This document shows, one piece after another, positions 53,161 through 62,288 of a stretch of 64,000 nucleotides of DNA; the stretch's first letter is position 1; the number at the start of each line of letters is the position of its first letter. Source of the DNA: Clostridia bacterium (GTDB taxonomy: Bacteria; Bacillota; Clostridia; Oscillospirales; CAG-272); NCBI GenBank assembly GCA_900767415.1, contig CAAFYZ010000045.1:5777-69776 (forward strand), read 5' to 3'. The notes beneath the pieces are model-generated. The model searched no databases, was not told the DNA's origin, and saw only the letters and a list, made by a program, of their open reading frames with translations. The translations under genes and the position numbers were made by a program.

Positions 53161-53934
53161 TTATCGGGGGGAGTTTTTGCCGCCCGACGAGCCGCGCGAC
53201 GGCTTTTTCCGCTTTTCCTTCGGGCGGAGGGATTCTTCGTATTCCGGGTGAAGGGCGAGGAGTTCGGGGCGCCGTTCTTTCGTGACGCGCACTGCCTCTT
53301 CCAGCCGATAGCGGTCGATCTTCCGATGATCGCCCGAGAGTAGGACCTCGGGGACTTCGACACCGCGGAAGACGCGGGGCTTCGTATATTGCGGGTATTC
53401 GAGGATTCCCGAGGCGATGGATTCGCCCTCGTAACATTCGCTGGAAGACAGGACGCCGTCGATCAGGCGGGAGACGGCGTCGATGACGATACAGGCGGGG
53501 ATCTCTCCGCCGGTCACGACATAGTCGCCGATCGAGATTTCTTCGTCGACGATGGCGTCGAGAATCCGCTGATCGACCCCTTCGTAATGCCCTGCGAGAA
53601 AGATAAGATCGTCATAGGACGACAGTTCTTTTGCCAGTGCGTGATCGAAGCGTCTGCCCTTCGGCGACATATAGATGACGCGCTTTTTGTGTTCGGCGGG
53701 TACGGCGCGGCACACGGCGTCGTAGCAGTCGGCGATCGGCTGGCAGGTCATGATCATGCCGACTCCGCCGCCGAAGGGGGTATCGTCCACCTTACGGTGC
53801 TTATCCTGCGAGTAGTCACGGATGTTATAGGTGCGCACGCCGATGATCCCCGCCGCCTGCGCCCTGCCGAGGATGCTCGCGTCGAGGACGGCGCGTACCG
53901 TCTCGGGGAAAAGCGTCATGACATGGTAGGTCAT
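53161..53934 (-). CDS. trmD: tRNA (guanine37-N1)-methyltransferase
   Basis: MTLFPE, DDTPFGGGVGMIM, LAGHYEGVDQR, SIGDYVVTGGE. Confidence 0.95.
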   Translation of the reverse strand: MTYHVMTLFPETVRAVLDASILGRAQAAGIIGVRTYNIRDYSQDKHRKVDDTPFGGGVGMIMTCQPIADCYDAVCRAVPAEHKKRVIYMSPKGRRFDHALAKELSSYDDLIFLAGHYEGVDQRILDAIVDEEISIGDYVVTGGEIPACIVIDAVSRLIDGVLSSSECYEGESIASGILEYPQYTKPRVFRGVEVPEVLLSGDHRKIDRYRLEEAVRVTKERRPELLALHPEYEESLRPKEKRKKPSRGSSGGKNSPR

Positions 53935-54449
53935 TCTTCGTCAAAGAACCCGGGGATCGGGCGGATAAAGACGCCGCGCTCGGGATCGACCTCCTTGATA
54001 AATTCTTTTACGCCGGGCAAAAGGACATCGCCCTTTTCCGTATGGACGGTATACATTTTCCCCTGCGGGACGTCGGTGATGTTCGCCACAGTGCCGTAAC
54101 GGCGATGCGTGTCGACGTCGATGACGGGCAGTCCGAAAAGGTCGGCGATAAAATAGGAACCCTTCGGCAGAGGGATATCCGCGCGGGAGAGATAGAGGGT
54201 CGTATTTTTCATCGCGACGGCGTCTTCCCTCGTGTCGCACCCTTCGATGCCGAGGAGGACGGCGTCCCCGCCGGCAGGGGATGCGGAGCGCACGGCGCGT
54301 TCTTCATATCTTCCGTCGGACAGACGGAGAAAAACACGGCGGCAGGCGGCGAGGACTTTCGGCGAGTCGCAATAGGAGATGACTTTGAGAATTCCGCGTA
54401 CGCCGTGTGCCGATACCACGGTGCCGCCTTCCAGATATTCTTGTTTCAT
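53931..54449 (-). CDS. rimM: 16S rRNA processing protein RimM
   Basis: MKQEYLEGGTVVSAHGVRGILKV start typical of RimM, with a PRC-barrel C-terminus. ATGA overlap with trmD. These are only the last 172 codons of the 571-codon track ORF. Confidence 0.9.
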   Translation of the reverse strand: MKQEYLEGGTVVSAHGVRGILKVISYCDSPKVLAACRRVFLRLSDGRYEERAVRSASPAGGDAVLLGIEGCDTREDAVAMKNTTLYLSRADIPLPKGSYFIADLFGLPVIDVDTHRRYGTVANITDVPQGKMYTVHTEKGDVLLPGVKEFIKEVDPERGVFIRPIPGFFDEE

Positions 54450-54456
54450 GGTATTT

Positions 54457-54485
54457 ATTTTATCATATCCGCGCGCGAATGTCAA
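54457..54485 (-). promoter_or_regulatory. promoter of rimM-trmD, placed so that the mRNA would be essentially leaderless
   Basis: On the minus strand: perfect TTGACA (54485-54480), 17 bp, TAAAAT (54462-54457). Only 7 nt separate the -10 box from the rimM ATG (54449), and there is no SD sequence. Confidence 0.6.
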
Positions 54486-54673
54486 GAGGCGGGGAAAATC
54501 GTCCGAAAAAAGAGCAAACGGAGAAAGAGCAGGGAAAAATGGGTAGAAAACAAAGAACAAGACGGGAAACGTTGCCGTTTTTCGGCGTGCGGAAGGGAAA
54601 AATACAAAAGCCGTCCTTCCACCTTGGCACTCCGTGTGCCGACCCGAGGGGAAGAACGGATTTTTCTTGCTTT

Positions 54674-55819
54674 TTAAGAATCTTTGAGAGAAGGACGCAA
54701 AATATCGGTAGAAAACAAAGATTTTCTCCGTGATGAGACAACTCTTCGGTAGAGGTCCGTATAGGCGCGCTCCATGCGGGAAAGGGAAAACTCCCGTGCA
54801 TAGCGCGACAGCGCACCGCGTGAGAGCGCGGGGAGGAGATCCTGCGTCCCAAGAAGGAAAAGGAGTTTTTCCGCGAGGTCGTAGGCGTTGTCGGGCTGAA
54901 ACAGAGCACCGTTCTCTCCGTCGCACAGAAGTTCCGCGGCGCTCTCCGTATCGGCGGCGACGCTGACGGTTCCGAGGGACATCAGGGTGCATATCCGAAG
55001 GGCGTCTTCTTCTCTTATCTCGGCGGGGGCGACATACAGAGCAAAGAGTCCGCGTGCGGGGAGCTCTTCCCCGACCCCCGAAAAGATACGCACCCGCTCG
55101 CCGATGCCGAGCAGGGAGGCGAGCCGACAGAGTTCTCTTTCTTCTTTTCCCGCACCGAAAAGCAAAAGCACGACCTCCCCGTGGTGCATTGCCACACGGG
55201 CGAAGGCACGCAGGAGAACCCCGCCGCCCGTCGCTCCGTCCCCGAGGACGGAGCCGATCACGGCGGTATCCCGCGAAATGCCGAGGGAGCGGCGCACCGC
55301 TCCGAGCCGTTCTCCGTCGACGCACACCCCCGTCGGCACGCCGTTTTGGATGGTGACGATCCGATCGGCGGGCACTCCTTCCGCGCACAGCCGACGCCCG
55401 ACGGCGGGTGTCGTGGCAACCGTCATGGCGGTAAGTGCGTTGTAGAACGCCGCGCGCAGAGGAGAGCGGTGCGCACGACCCGAACGGCAGTCGTGCCGCG
55501 TCGAGAGAAGATACGGTACACCGGCAAGCGCGGCACCGACGCGCGCCGCAAGATTCCCGTGCGTATGCACGATGTCCGGTTTCGTACGGAGAAAATATCC
55601 CTCGAAGCGACGGATGTCGGAAATGCGGAACCCGCTTTTCCCGCAAAGCGGCAGTTCCGTCGCACGGACGGATTGTTCGGAGAGAGTCGCGAGGACGGGT
55701 GCCCCCTGCGGTGCGATCACCTCTACGTCGAAGGTGTGAGACAGTGCCGCCGCAAGGTAAGAAAGTTGCAGGTGTGCGCCCCTCGATTCCGCGCGTCCGA
55801 TGACATGTGCGATCTTCAT
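54674..55819 (-). CDS. glycosyltransferase family 4 (GT-B, RfaB-like)
   Basis: MKIAHVIGRAESRGAHLQL N-terminus and a C-terminal E-x7-E-like region (ESAAELLCDGENGALF). Start at ATG 55819. Confidence 0.8.
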   Translation of the reverse strand: MKIAHVIGRAESRGAHLQLSYLAAALSHTFDVEVIAPQGAPVLATLSEQSVRATELPLCGKSGFRISDIRRFEGYFLRTKPDIVHTHGNLAARVGAALAGVPYLLSTRHDCRSGRAHRSPLRAAFYNALTAMTVATTPAVGRRLCAEGVPADRIVTIQNGVPTGVCVDGERLGAVRRSLGISRDTAVIGSVLGDGATGGGVLLRAFARVAMHHGEVVLLLFGAGKEERELCRLASLLGIGERVRIFSGVGEELPARGLFALYVAPAEIREEDALRICTLMSLGTVSVAADTESAAELLCDGENGALFQPDNAYDLAEKLLFLLGTQDLLPALSRGALSRYAREFSLSRMERAYTDLYRRVVSSRRKSLFSTDILRPSLKDS

Positions 55820-55871
55820 GTTCTCTGTCCGTATCCTCTCTTTTTCTTCATTCTTGCCGCGCGGGGAAGAA

Positions 55872-55900
55872 AGTATACAAAGAAGATAAAGAGCGAGCAA
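55872..55900 (-). promoter_or_regulatory. candidate promoter of the GT4 gene
   Basis: On the minus strand: TTGCTC, 17 bp, TATACT. Confidence 0.4.
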
Positions 55901-55902
55901 GA

Positions 55903-55937
55903 AAAAAAGAAAAGAGCGGGGTGGCCGCTCTTTTTTC
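55903..55937. terminator. bidirectional intrinsic terminator (ends the rnr-CPBP-tadA unit)
   Basis: AAAAAAAGAAAA-GAGCGG-ggtgg-CCGCTC-TTTTTT. Confidence 0.7.
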
Positions 55938-56088
55938 GGACGAGTTTTATACGACACGGAGTGGGATTGTGTGATTTTTTGAGCACACCTCCCGTTTTTT
56001 GACAACTATCATTTACATATTCTTGACCTGCTCGGAGAAAAAACGCGAGAAAAGAAAAATCAATGCGCAAAAATCCGCGACTACAGCG

Positions 56089-56583
56089 TCACGGCTTCGG
56101 CAAAAGCTCTTCTTGCGGATTCGGCTTTTCCCGCTTTCTACGGAAGTAATCCTGTAAGAGTGCGCGTGCTTCTTCTTCGAGGACGCCGCCGGTAATGCTC
56201 GGCGTATGATTCAACGGTACGCGGGCAAGGTCGATACAGGAGCCGAACGCACCGAAACGCAGATCCCGTGTCCCGTATACAACGCGCGGGATCCGTGCGT
56301 TGATGATGGCACCGGCGCACATCGCGCACGGTTCCATGGTCACATAGAGGGTAACTCCGGGCAGGCGCCAGCCGCCGAGGGCACGGCACGCCTCTTCGAT
56401 GGCGAGGATCTCCGCATGATGCGTGGCGAGGCGGGATTCTTCCCGTCGGTTGGACGCGCGGGAAAGAATGACGCCGTCCCGCACGGCGACGGCACCGACC
56501 GGCACTTCGTCGCGGTCGGCGGCTTCTTTGGCAAGAGCGAGGGCTTGTCGCATGAAATAAATATCGTCGGTTTCCATAGTCAC
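56089..56583 (-). CDS. tadA: tRNA adenosine(34) deaminase
   Basis: HAEILAIEEA and PCAMCAGAI zinc-binding motifs. Confidence 0.9.
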   Translation of the reverse strand: MTMETDDIYFMRQALALAKEAADRDEVPVGAVAVRDGVILSRASNRREESRLATHHAEILAIEEACRALGGWRLPGVTLYVTMEPCAMCAGAIINARIPRVVYGTRDLRFGAFGSCIDLARVPLNHTPSITGGVLEEEARALLQDYFRRKREKPNPQEELLPKP

Positions 56584-56584
56584 C

Positions 56585-57406
56585 TCACGGATTCTGAGAG
56601 ATCAGGCGGGATATTGCGAAAAGAAGACAGACAAGAAGCAGAGAAATCGTTGATTTTGTAAAGATAACTTTCTCTTTTTCTTCTTTTTGTGGGAAAAACA
56701 GTGCGAGATAGTGCGACTTTTTCCAAAGAAGAAAAGCAACGGAAACAAGAGAAAGAAGAACGAGAGACGCGAAGAACAGGAGAGAAAAATACCCCTCGCT
56801 CCCATAGCGCAGGAGCAGGACGGAGAGCGCGTTGTTCAGAAAATGGAAGAGAACCGAAGGGAGAATACTGCCTGCCGCGAGATCGACTGCGGCGAAGATC
56901 ACGCCGGCGACGAAGGCATACGGCATCCGGAAAAAATCACAGTGCGTGAGAGAAAAGCAGAGCGCGCCGAAAAGCACCGCCCCCTTTTTGCCGTAAGGCG
57001 CGAGCAGAGAAAGCGGGAGATAGCGGAAGAGAAATTCTTCAAAGAGCGCAGGCAGGAGAAGATAGGAGAAAAAGATCTCCGCCGGGCTTCCCGCAAGTGC
57101 CGTATTCCCCTGCAGTCCGAACGCACCGAAGAGCAGGGAAGTCAGGGCGGAGATACCGAAGAGAAGGAGAACCGTCGGGAAGAAAAGAGGCAGGGAAAAG
57201 AGAAAAGAATGCCCCGTGATTTTCGGCGGACAGACGGTGAGGTCGACACCGTTCCGCCCGGCAAAAGCGAGAAGAAAAACCGCCGAGAGAAGGTAAGAAA
57301 GAATATAAAATACAGAGGAGAGCGGCGGGGCGACGCTGCCCGAAAGGCGCAGTCCGAGAAGGAAGAGAAGATAGGCGAGAATCAGTCGCTTTTGCGCACG
57401 GATCAT
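56585..57406 (-). CDS. CPBP family intramembrane glutamic endopeptidase (CAAX protease-like)
   Basis: EEFLFRYLP, F..LTHCDFF and FHFLNNALS motifs within TM helices. Confidence 0.8.
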   Translation of the reverse strand: MIRAQKRLILAYLLFLLGLRLSGSVAPPLSSVFYILSYLLSAVFLLAFAGRNGVDLTVCPPKITGHSFLFSLPLFFPTVLLLFGISALTSLLFGAFGLQGNTALAGSPAEIFFSYLLLPALFEEFLFRYLPLSLLAPYGKKGAVLFGALCFSLTHCDFFRMPYAFVAGVIFAAVDLAAGSILPSVLFHFLNNALSVLLLRYGSEGYFSLLFFASLVLLSLVSVAFLLWKKSHYLALFFPQKEEKEKVIFTKSTISLLLVCLLFAISRLISQNP

Positions 57407-59499
57407 TCCGACACCTCCCCGAAAACATCGGCGAAGGCGGCGTCCGAAAAGCGGATTTTCCCGCGCAGGGTGTCCGCTTCTTCCACCCGCACGCGGATTC
57501 TGTCGCCGAGACGGTAGGTGACATCGCGGGAGTGCAGACTCACCGTCGCCTCCTCATAGCGGAAGACACCGGGCAGGGAGGAGAGGGGGATCAGCCCCTC
57601 CACGGTGTTGTCGAGCATGGCGAACACGCCGAACGAGGTGACGGAGCTGACCGTCGCAGAGAATACTTCTCCGATCTTGTCCTGCATATACAGTACTTTG
57701 TAGAGGTCTTCGATCCGTCTCTCCGCCGCAAGGGCGCGGAGTTCTCCCTCGGTCGCCGCGGCGGCGGCGCGGGAGGCGTAGGACGCATAGTGCGCGGCAC
57801 TCTCCCCCGTGAGGAGGACGCGGTGCAGGATCCGATGGACGGCGAGGTCGGAGAGTCTTCGGATCGGGGAGGTAAAATGGCAGTAGAGGGGGAGGGACAG
57901 ACCGAAATGCCCTTCGGGCTTTGACGAATATTCCGCCTTTGCCATCGAGCGCAGTACCACATAGGAGACCGCTTCGGAAATATCGCGCTCCCGCGCTTCC
58001 TTCAAGACACGGTCGAGTGCCTTCGCCGTGACCGCGTCTTTTTGAATATAGGTGGTATCAAAGCCGATATTGTGAAGAAAAGTTGACAATTCCTCGGATT
58101 TTTCCGCGGACGGCGCGGCGTGCACGCGATAGACACACGGGATTTTCCATGCCGTCATTTTCTCGGCGACCGCTTCGTTCGCCGTCAGCATGAACGCCTC
58201 GATCAACCGCTCGGCATCCCCCCGCTCCCGCGCGGTGATCGCGGTCGGCAGTCCGTCTTCTCCGAGGAGAATGAGCGGCTCGGGACGGTCGAGCGTCATT
58301 GCGCCGCGCGCCTCATTCTTTTCGGCGAGGAGACGGTAAAGGCGGAACATACGGGTCAGCACTCCGTAGACTTCGGCATATTTTTTATAAAAAGGAGATT
58401 TTTCCGCCCGAAGGAAAAGGTCGTTGACTTCGGAATAGACCCCCCGCACGCGGCTTTTGATAACGCTTTCGCAGATCTCGGCAGAGAGGATCTCCCCCGT
58501 ACTCGAGAGGGTGATCAGGGCGGAGAGCGCATATTTTTCCTCTCCCGCGTTCAGGGAGCAGGCACCGTTCGAGAGTGAGGGCGGGAGCATGGGCACTACC
58601 TTGTCGGTAAAGTAGACGCTGGTGCCCCTTGCCATGGCTTCCCGGTCGAGCGCCGTCTTTTCTTCGACATAATGCGAGACGTCGGCGATGTGAACGCCGA
58701 GAAGATAGCCGCCGCTTTCCGTTTCGGAGAGGGAGACGGCATCGTCGAGGTCCTTGGCGTCCGCACCGTCGATGGTGAAGACGATTTCCCCTGTCAGATC
58801 GAGTCGGCTGCCTTTTTCGATCGGTTCCCGCGCGACGCGATCCGCCTCGGCGAGCACGGCGGGGGAAAATTCGACGGCGATCCCGCACTCGCGGAGAATG
58901 GCGGCATAGTTTGCCTCTCTCGTCGCGGCAGAACCGAAGACGCGCGTGATCTCGCACAGGGGCATCTCGCCCGCACGACGGAAAAGGCGTGCTTCGACGA
59001 GATCTCCTTCCTCGGCGGGGAGTCCGCCTTCGATCTCGGGCAAAAAGGGGAATTTTCCGCTCGTCGGACATAGGCGCGTTACCGTGCGGCGATACCGCCC
59101 GATTTTCTCTCTTTCCCGCACGACCGTCCCGTAGAGCGTGCGCACGCCTTCTTCCACGGAAAGGATGCGCCCCTCGGTGCGCATACCGCCTTCCCGTGCG
59201 GGGAAGATCCGATACGAGACGCGCACGCGGTCGCCGTCGATCGCGCCGCCGCACCTGCCTTCGGGGATAAAGATGTCGCGGTCCCCGATCGGCTCGTCCG
59301 GTGTGACGAAGCCGAAACCGCTCTTGGTTCCGGAGAAGACGCCGCAGACGACCTCTCCCGCCGTGCCGTCCGCCCTCCGCTTTTCGCGGCGATGCGTGGG
59401 GGGCGTGACTCCGCGTTTTTTCTTTTTCGGAGGGAACCCCGTGGGGCGGGCACGCCGCGACGGGGGTTTTCGTGTTCTTTCTTTTTTCATTGCTGTCAC
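57403..59499 (-). CDS. rnr: ribonuclease R
   Basis: Cold-shock-like N-terminus (GFGFVTPDE), RNB domain (TIDGADAKDLDDAVS, HFGL...YCHFTSPIRRLSDL), C-terminal S1 domain. The start is uncertain: GTG 59499 or ATG 59490. Confidence 0.9.
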   Translation of the reverse strand: MTAMKKERTRKPPSRRARPTGFPPKKKKRGVTPPTHRREKRRADGTAGEVVCGVFSGTKSGFGFVTPDEPIGDRDIFIPEGRCGGAIDGDRVRVSYRIFPAREGGMRTEGRILSVEEGVRTLYGTVVREREKIGRYRRTVTRLCPTSGKFPFLPEIEGGLPAEEGDLVEARLFRRAGEMPLCEITRVFGSAATREANYAAILRECGIAVEFSPAVLAEADRVAREPIEKGSRLDLTGEIVFTIDGADAKDLDDAVSLSETESGGYLLGVHIADVSHYVEEKTALDREAMARGTSVYFTDKVVPMLPPSLSNGACSLNAGEEKYALSALITLSSTGEILSAEICESVIKSRVRGVYSEVNDLFLRAEKSPFYKKYAEVYGVLTRMFRLYRLLAEKNEARGAMTLDRPEPLILLGEDGLPTAITARERGDAERLIEAFMLTANEAVAEKMTAWKIPCVYRVHAAPSAEKSEELSTFLHNIGFDTTYIQKDAVTAKALDRVLKEARERDISEAVSYVVLRSMAKAEYSSKPEGHFGLSLPLYCHFTSPIRRLSDLAVHRILHRVLLTGESAAHYASYASRAAAAATEGELRALAAERRIEDLYKVLYMQDKIGEVFSATVSSVTSFGVFAMLDNTVEGLIPLSSLPGVFRYEEATVSLHSRDVTYRLGDRIRVRVEEADTLRGKIRFSDAAFADVFGEVSE

Positions 59500-59562
59500 C
59501 GATCGTTTGTGTGATTTTCTCCGAGAGGGAGAGGGCGGATCTTCGCCGCCTTGCGAAAGCTC

Positions 59563-59595
59563 AAAAAAAATCGGCGCCGTCGCACCGATTTTTTA
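59563..59595. terminator. bidirectional intrinsic terminator after secG
   Basis: AAAAAAAA-TCGGCGC-cgtc-GCACCGA-TTTTTT (one mismatch in the stem). Confidence 0.65.
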
Positions 59596-59642
59596 TGGAT
59601 AAAATCCTGCCGAAAAACGCATGAACCGCGCTCGGCAATGGT

Positions 59643-59948
59643 TTACTTAAACACCTTGGAATAGGAGGAGAGTTTCTGCCACTGATCGAAAGATACGACC
59701 TGCTCGTAGTCGGGCTGAATGATATAGACGATCAGCACGGCAAGGGCAAAGATGATTCCGGCGATCAGCGTCCACTTACGGAGTTTCTTGTCGGTGCGTG
59801 CGACATTTCCCTGTCCGTAGTAAGTCTCGGCACCGCCGGCGATGGTGGGGGACAGACCGTCCTCTTTCGTTTTCTGGAACAGTACGGCGATGACGATGAA
59901 GAGCGCCGCAACCAAAAGAATGCCGAGCAGAATGTACTGAAGAACCAT
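59643..59948 (-). CDS. secG: preprotein translocase subunit SecG (with a ~30-aa C-terminal tail)
   Basis: MVLQYILLGILLVAALFIVIAVLFQ...GLS..I.GGAE and a second TM helix. Position directly upstream of rnr is typical. An alternative GTG start lies at 59966. Confidence 0.8.
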   Translation of the reverse strand: MVLQYILLGILLVAALFIVIAVLFQKTKEDGLSPTIAGGAETYYGQGNVARTDKKLRKWTLIAGIIFALAVLIVYIIQPDYEQVVSFDQWQKLSSYSKVFK

Positions 59949-60012
59949 GATTTTATTTCTTCGCACCGGAGTGCGAAATCCTTTCTTATCCGTATTTTAT
60001 CCTGTTACGGGT

Positions 60013-60041
60013 ATTTTAGCATATTTTTTCGGAAAATGCAA
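60013..60041 (-). promoter_or_regulatory. promoter of secG
   Basis: On the minus strand: TTGCAT (60041-60036), 17 bp, TGcTAAAAT (extended -10, 60018-60013). Confidence 0.6.
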
Positions 60042-60123
60042 TACCTAAACGCAAAAAAACGCCGGAGAGGCGAAAACTTTTTGTAAATCCGCGCTTTTCT
60101 CTCCGAAAACCGACGCGCGTCGG

Positions 60124-60152
60124 TTGACAAACCGCGCGAAATTTGCTATAAT
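60124..60152 (+). promoter_or_regulatory. promoter of the HAD-ynbB-like-thiN unit
   Basis: Perfect TTGACA, 17 bp, TATAAT. Confidence 0.75.
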
Positions 60153-60194
60153 CTCTGTGGTTTATTCTGTCGGAGTACTTCTTTTTGCGGAGTA

Positions 60195-60218
60195 CCGTGC
60201 ATCGGCACGGCTTTTTTT
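60195..60218 (+). terminator. terminator-like hairpin inside the 5' leader (attenuator or short-transcript end)
   Basis: CCGTGC-atcg-GCACGG followed by CTTTTTTT, about 40-60 nt after the expected start and 63 nt before the HAD ATG. Confidence 0.5.
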
Positions 60219-60280
60219 GCGGCGGCGCGGCTTTTCGCGATCCGTCGGGAGCCGCCTTTCGGGCGGCGGAAAGGAACGGT

Positions 60281-61012
60281 ATGATTCGAAATCTTCTTCT
60301 CGATCTCGACGATACGATTCTTGACTTTCATCGGGCGGAAAAGATCGCCCTGACCCGCGCCCTCACCGAAGCAGGGGTGGAGGTGACCGACGCGCGGCTT
60401 TCGCGTTACAGCGAGATCAACGATTCCCGCTGGCGTCTCCTTGAAGAAAAAAAGATTACGCGCCCCGAGGTTCTCGTCTCCCGCTTTGAGATTTTCTTCG
60501 GAGAACTCGGCATCCGCGCCGATGCCCACGCGGTGCAGACGGCGTATGAGCGGTACCTTTCGATCGGGCACTTCTTCATGCCCGGGGCAGAGAAACTTTT
60601 AGGGACGCTGTATCCGCGCTATCGCCTTTACCTCGCCTCGAACGGTACGGCGTCGGTGCAGGCGGGGCGGATTGCGAGCGCGGGGATCGCAAAATATTTT
60701 TGCGGGATGTTCATCTCCGAGAAGGTCGGCGCGGATAAGCCGGATCCCGCGTTTTTTCGGGCGGTTTTCGCAGAGATTCCCGACTTCAAAAAAGAGGAGA
60801 CGCTCATGCTCGGCGACAGTCTGACCTCGGATATCCGCGGCGGGAACGCGGTCGGGATCCGCACCGTGTGGTACAATCCGAGACATAAGTCGGGGAGAGA
60901 AGATATTCTGCCGACCTATGAGATCGACGATCTCGAAAAATTCCCGATTCTTACGGAAAAGATTTCCGAAGAGGACGAAAAAGCAAAGATAACATTACAA
61001 AAAGAGGAATAA
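60281..61012 (+). CDS. HAD-IA family hydrolase (YjjG-like noncanonical pyrimidine nucleotidase type)
   Basis: Motif I LLLDLDDTILDF, motif II ASNG, motif IV MLGDSLTSDIRGG. GGAAAGGA RBS. Confidence 0.8.
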   Translation: MIRNLLLDLDDTILDFHRAEKIALTRALTEAGVEVTDARLSRYSEINDSRWRLLEEKKITRPEVLVSRFEIFFGELGIRADAHAVQTAYERYLSIGHFFMPGAEKLLGTLYPRYRLYLASNGTASVQAGRIASAGIAKYFCGMFISEKVGADKPDPAFFRAVFAEIPDFKKEETLMLGDSLTSDIRGGNAVGIRTVWYNPRHKSGREDILPTYEIDDLEKFPILTEKISEEDEKAKITLQKEE

Positions 61013-61015
61013 ATC

Positions 61016-62278
61016 ATGTATTACGGACACGAAATCAGCGATCGGACGGTGGCTCTTGCCGAGGCGGCGGAGCGCGACTGCCTTCCGATTTTCAAAAAAA
61101 TAGAAGAGAACTGCATGAAGTGCAGTGCGAAGGTTCTGCGTGCGTTTCAGGACACGCGAGTTTCGACTGCCGACTTTATCGAAGTGACGGGATACGGCTA
61201 TACCGACGACGGACGGGACAAGCTCGAAGAGATCTATGCCCGCGTGTTCGGTGCGGAAGACGCATTGGTACGCCCCCAGCTGATGTCGGGCACGCACGCG
61301 CTTGCCGTTGCGCTCGGCGGACTTCTGAAAGCGGGGGAGACGCTTGTCTATATCACGGGCGAGCCCTACGACACCCTCCGCAGTGTTATCGGCACCGAAG
61401 GGGAGAGCCGCAATTCTCTGATCCGGTGCGGTGTGAAGTATGAGGAGATCCCCCTCATCGGCGACGACTTCGACCTCGACGCCATTCGTGCCCGCATGGC
61501 GAAAGGGGACGTAAAGGTCGCCGCCATTCAGCGTAGTCGCGGCTATGCGAGACGCAACAGTCTTGTCATCGACAAGATCGCCGAGGCGATCCGCGTCGTC
61601 AAGGAGGCGTCGCCCGATACGGTGGTTATGGTGGATAACTGCTACGGCGAATTTACCGAGGACAGAGAACCGACCGAGGTCGGCGCGGATCTGTTCGTCG
61701 GCTCGATGATGAAGAATCTCGGCGCCGGCTTTGCCGTCAGCGGTGCGTATGTCGTCGGGACACGGCGCGCCGTCGAAGACGTCGCGGAACGCCTGACGGC
61801 ACCCTGCGTCGGCAAGTCCCTCGGTGCGAATTTCAATCAGCTCGCTTCTTTCTATAAAGGATTTTTCATGGCACCCGCTGCGGTTGCCTCCACGCTGAAG
61901 AGCATGGTGTTCGCCGCGAGAATGTTGGAGCTTGCCGGTTTTTCGGGGATTTCGCCCCGCTACGACGAGCCGCGCACCGACATCGTCCAGACGCTGGACC
62001 TTGAGAGCGAGGAGAATCTGATCGCGTTCTGCCGCGGCGTACAGCTCGGCTCGCCGATTGAATCTTATGTGGAACCCGTTCCGTCCGAGACTCCGGGATA
62101 CTCTCATCCCGAGATCATGGCGGCAGGCACTTTCGTTACCGGCGCGACCAACGAGTTCAGTTGCGACGGACCGCTGACGCCTCCCTATACCGCCTTTATG
62201 CAGGGCGGACTGACGTATGAATACGGGAAGCTCGGTGTCATGCGTGCCGTCTCCGAAATGCTTGAAAAAGCAAACTGA
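61016..62278 (+). CDS. YnbB-like PLP-dependent enzyme (methionine gamma-lyase family / 'aluminium resistance' family)
   Basis: N-terminal LAEAAERDCLPIFKKIEENCMKCSAKVLRAFQD..., VTGYGYTDDGRD and SMMKNLG (PLP-lysine context) match the YnbB family pattern. Confidence 0.75.
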   Translation: MYYGHEISDRTVALAEAAERDCLPIFKKIEENCMKCSAKVLRAFQDTRVSTADFIEVTGYGYTDDGRDKLEEIYARVFGAEDALVRPQLMSGTHALAVALGGLLKAGETLVYITGEPYDTLRSVIGTEGESRNSLIRCGVKYEEIPLIGDDFDLDAIRARMAKGDVKVAAIQRSRGYARRNSLVIDKIAEAIRVVKEASPDTVVMVDNCYGEFTEDREPTEVGADLFVGSMMKNLGAGFAVSGAYVVGTRRAVEDVAERLTAPCVGKSLGANFNQLASFYKGFFMAPAAVASTLKSMVFAARMLELAGFSGISPRYDEPRTDIVQTLDLESEENLIAFCRGVQLGSPIESYVEPVPSETPGYSHPEIMAAGTFVTGATNEFSCDGPLTPPYTAFMQGGLTYEYGKLGVMRAVSEMLEKAN

Positions 62279-62288
62279 TATTTACAAA

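Noticed and set aside
54450-55646. The upstream 399 codons of the 571-aa track ORF 53931-55646.
   Set aside because: Only the last 172 codons (RimM) are credible. The upstream part overlaps the GT4 gene in another frame, is Arg/Pro-rich, and runs through the rimM promoter.
60108-60123. Palindrome CCGACGCGCGTCGG immediately upstream of the HAD promoter, considered as a terminator or operator.
   Set aside because: No gene ends here on either strand. It lies between two divergent promoters and could be a binding site, but a 14-bp G+C-rich palindrome in G+C-rich DNA is weak evidence on its own.
60124-60324. 66-aa plus-strand ORF starting at the TTG of the TTGACA box.
   Set aside because: Its start codon is the -35 element itself. 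It reads through the leader terminator into the HAD gene out of frame. It has no RBS.
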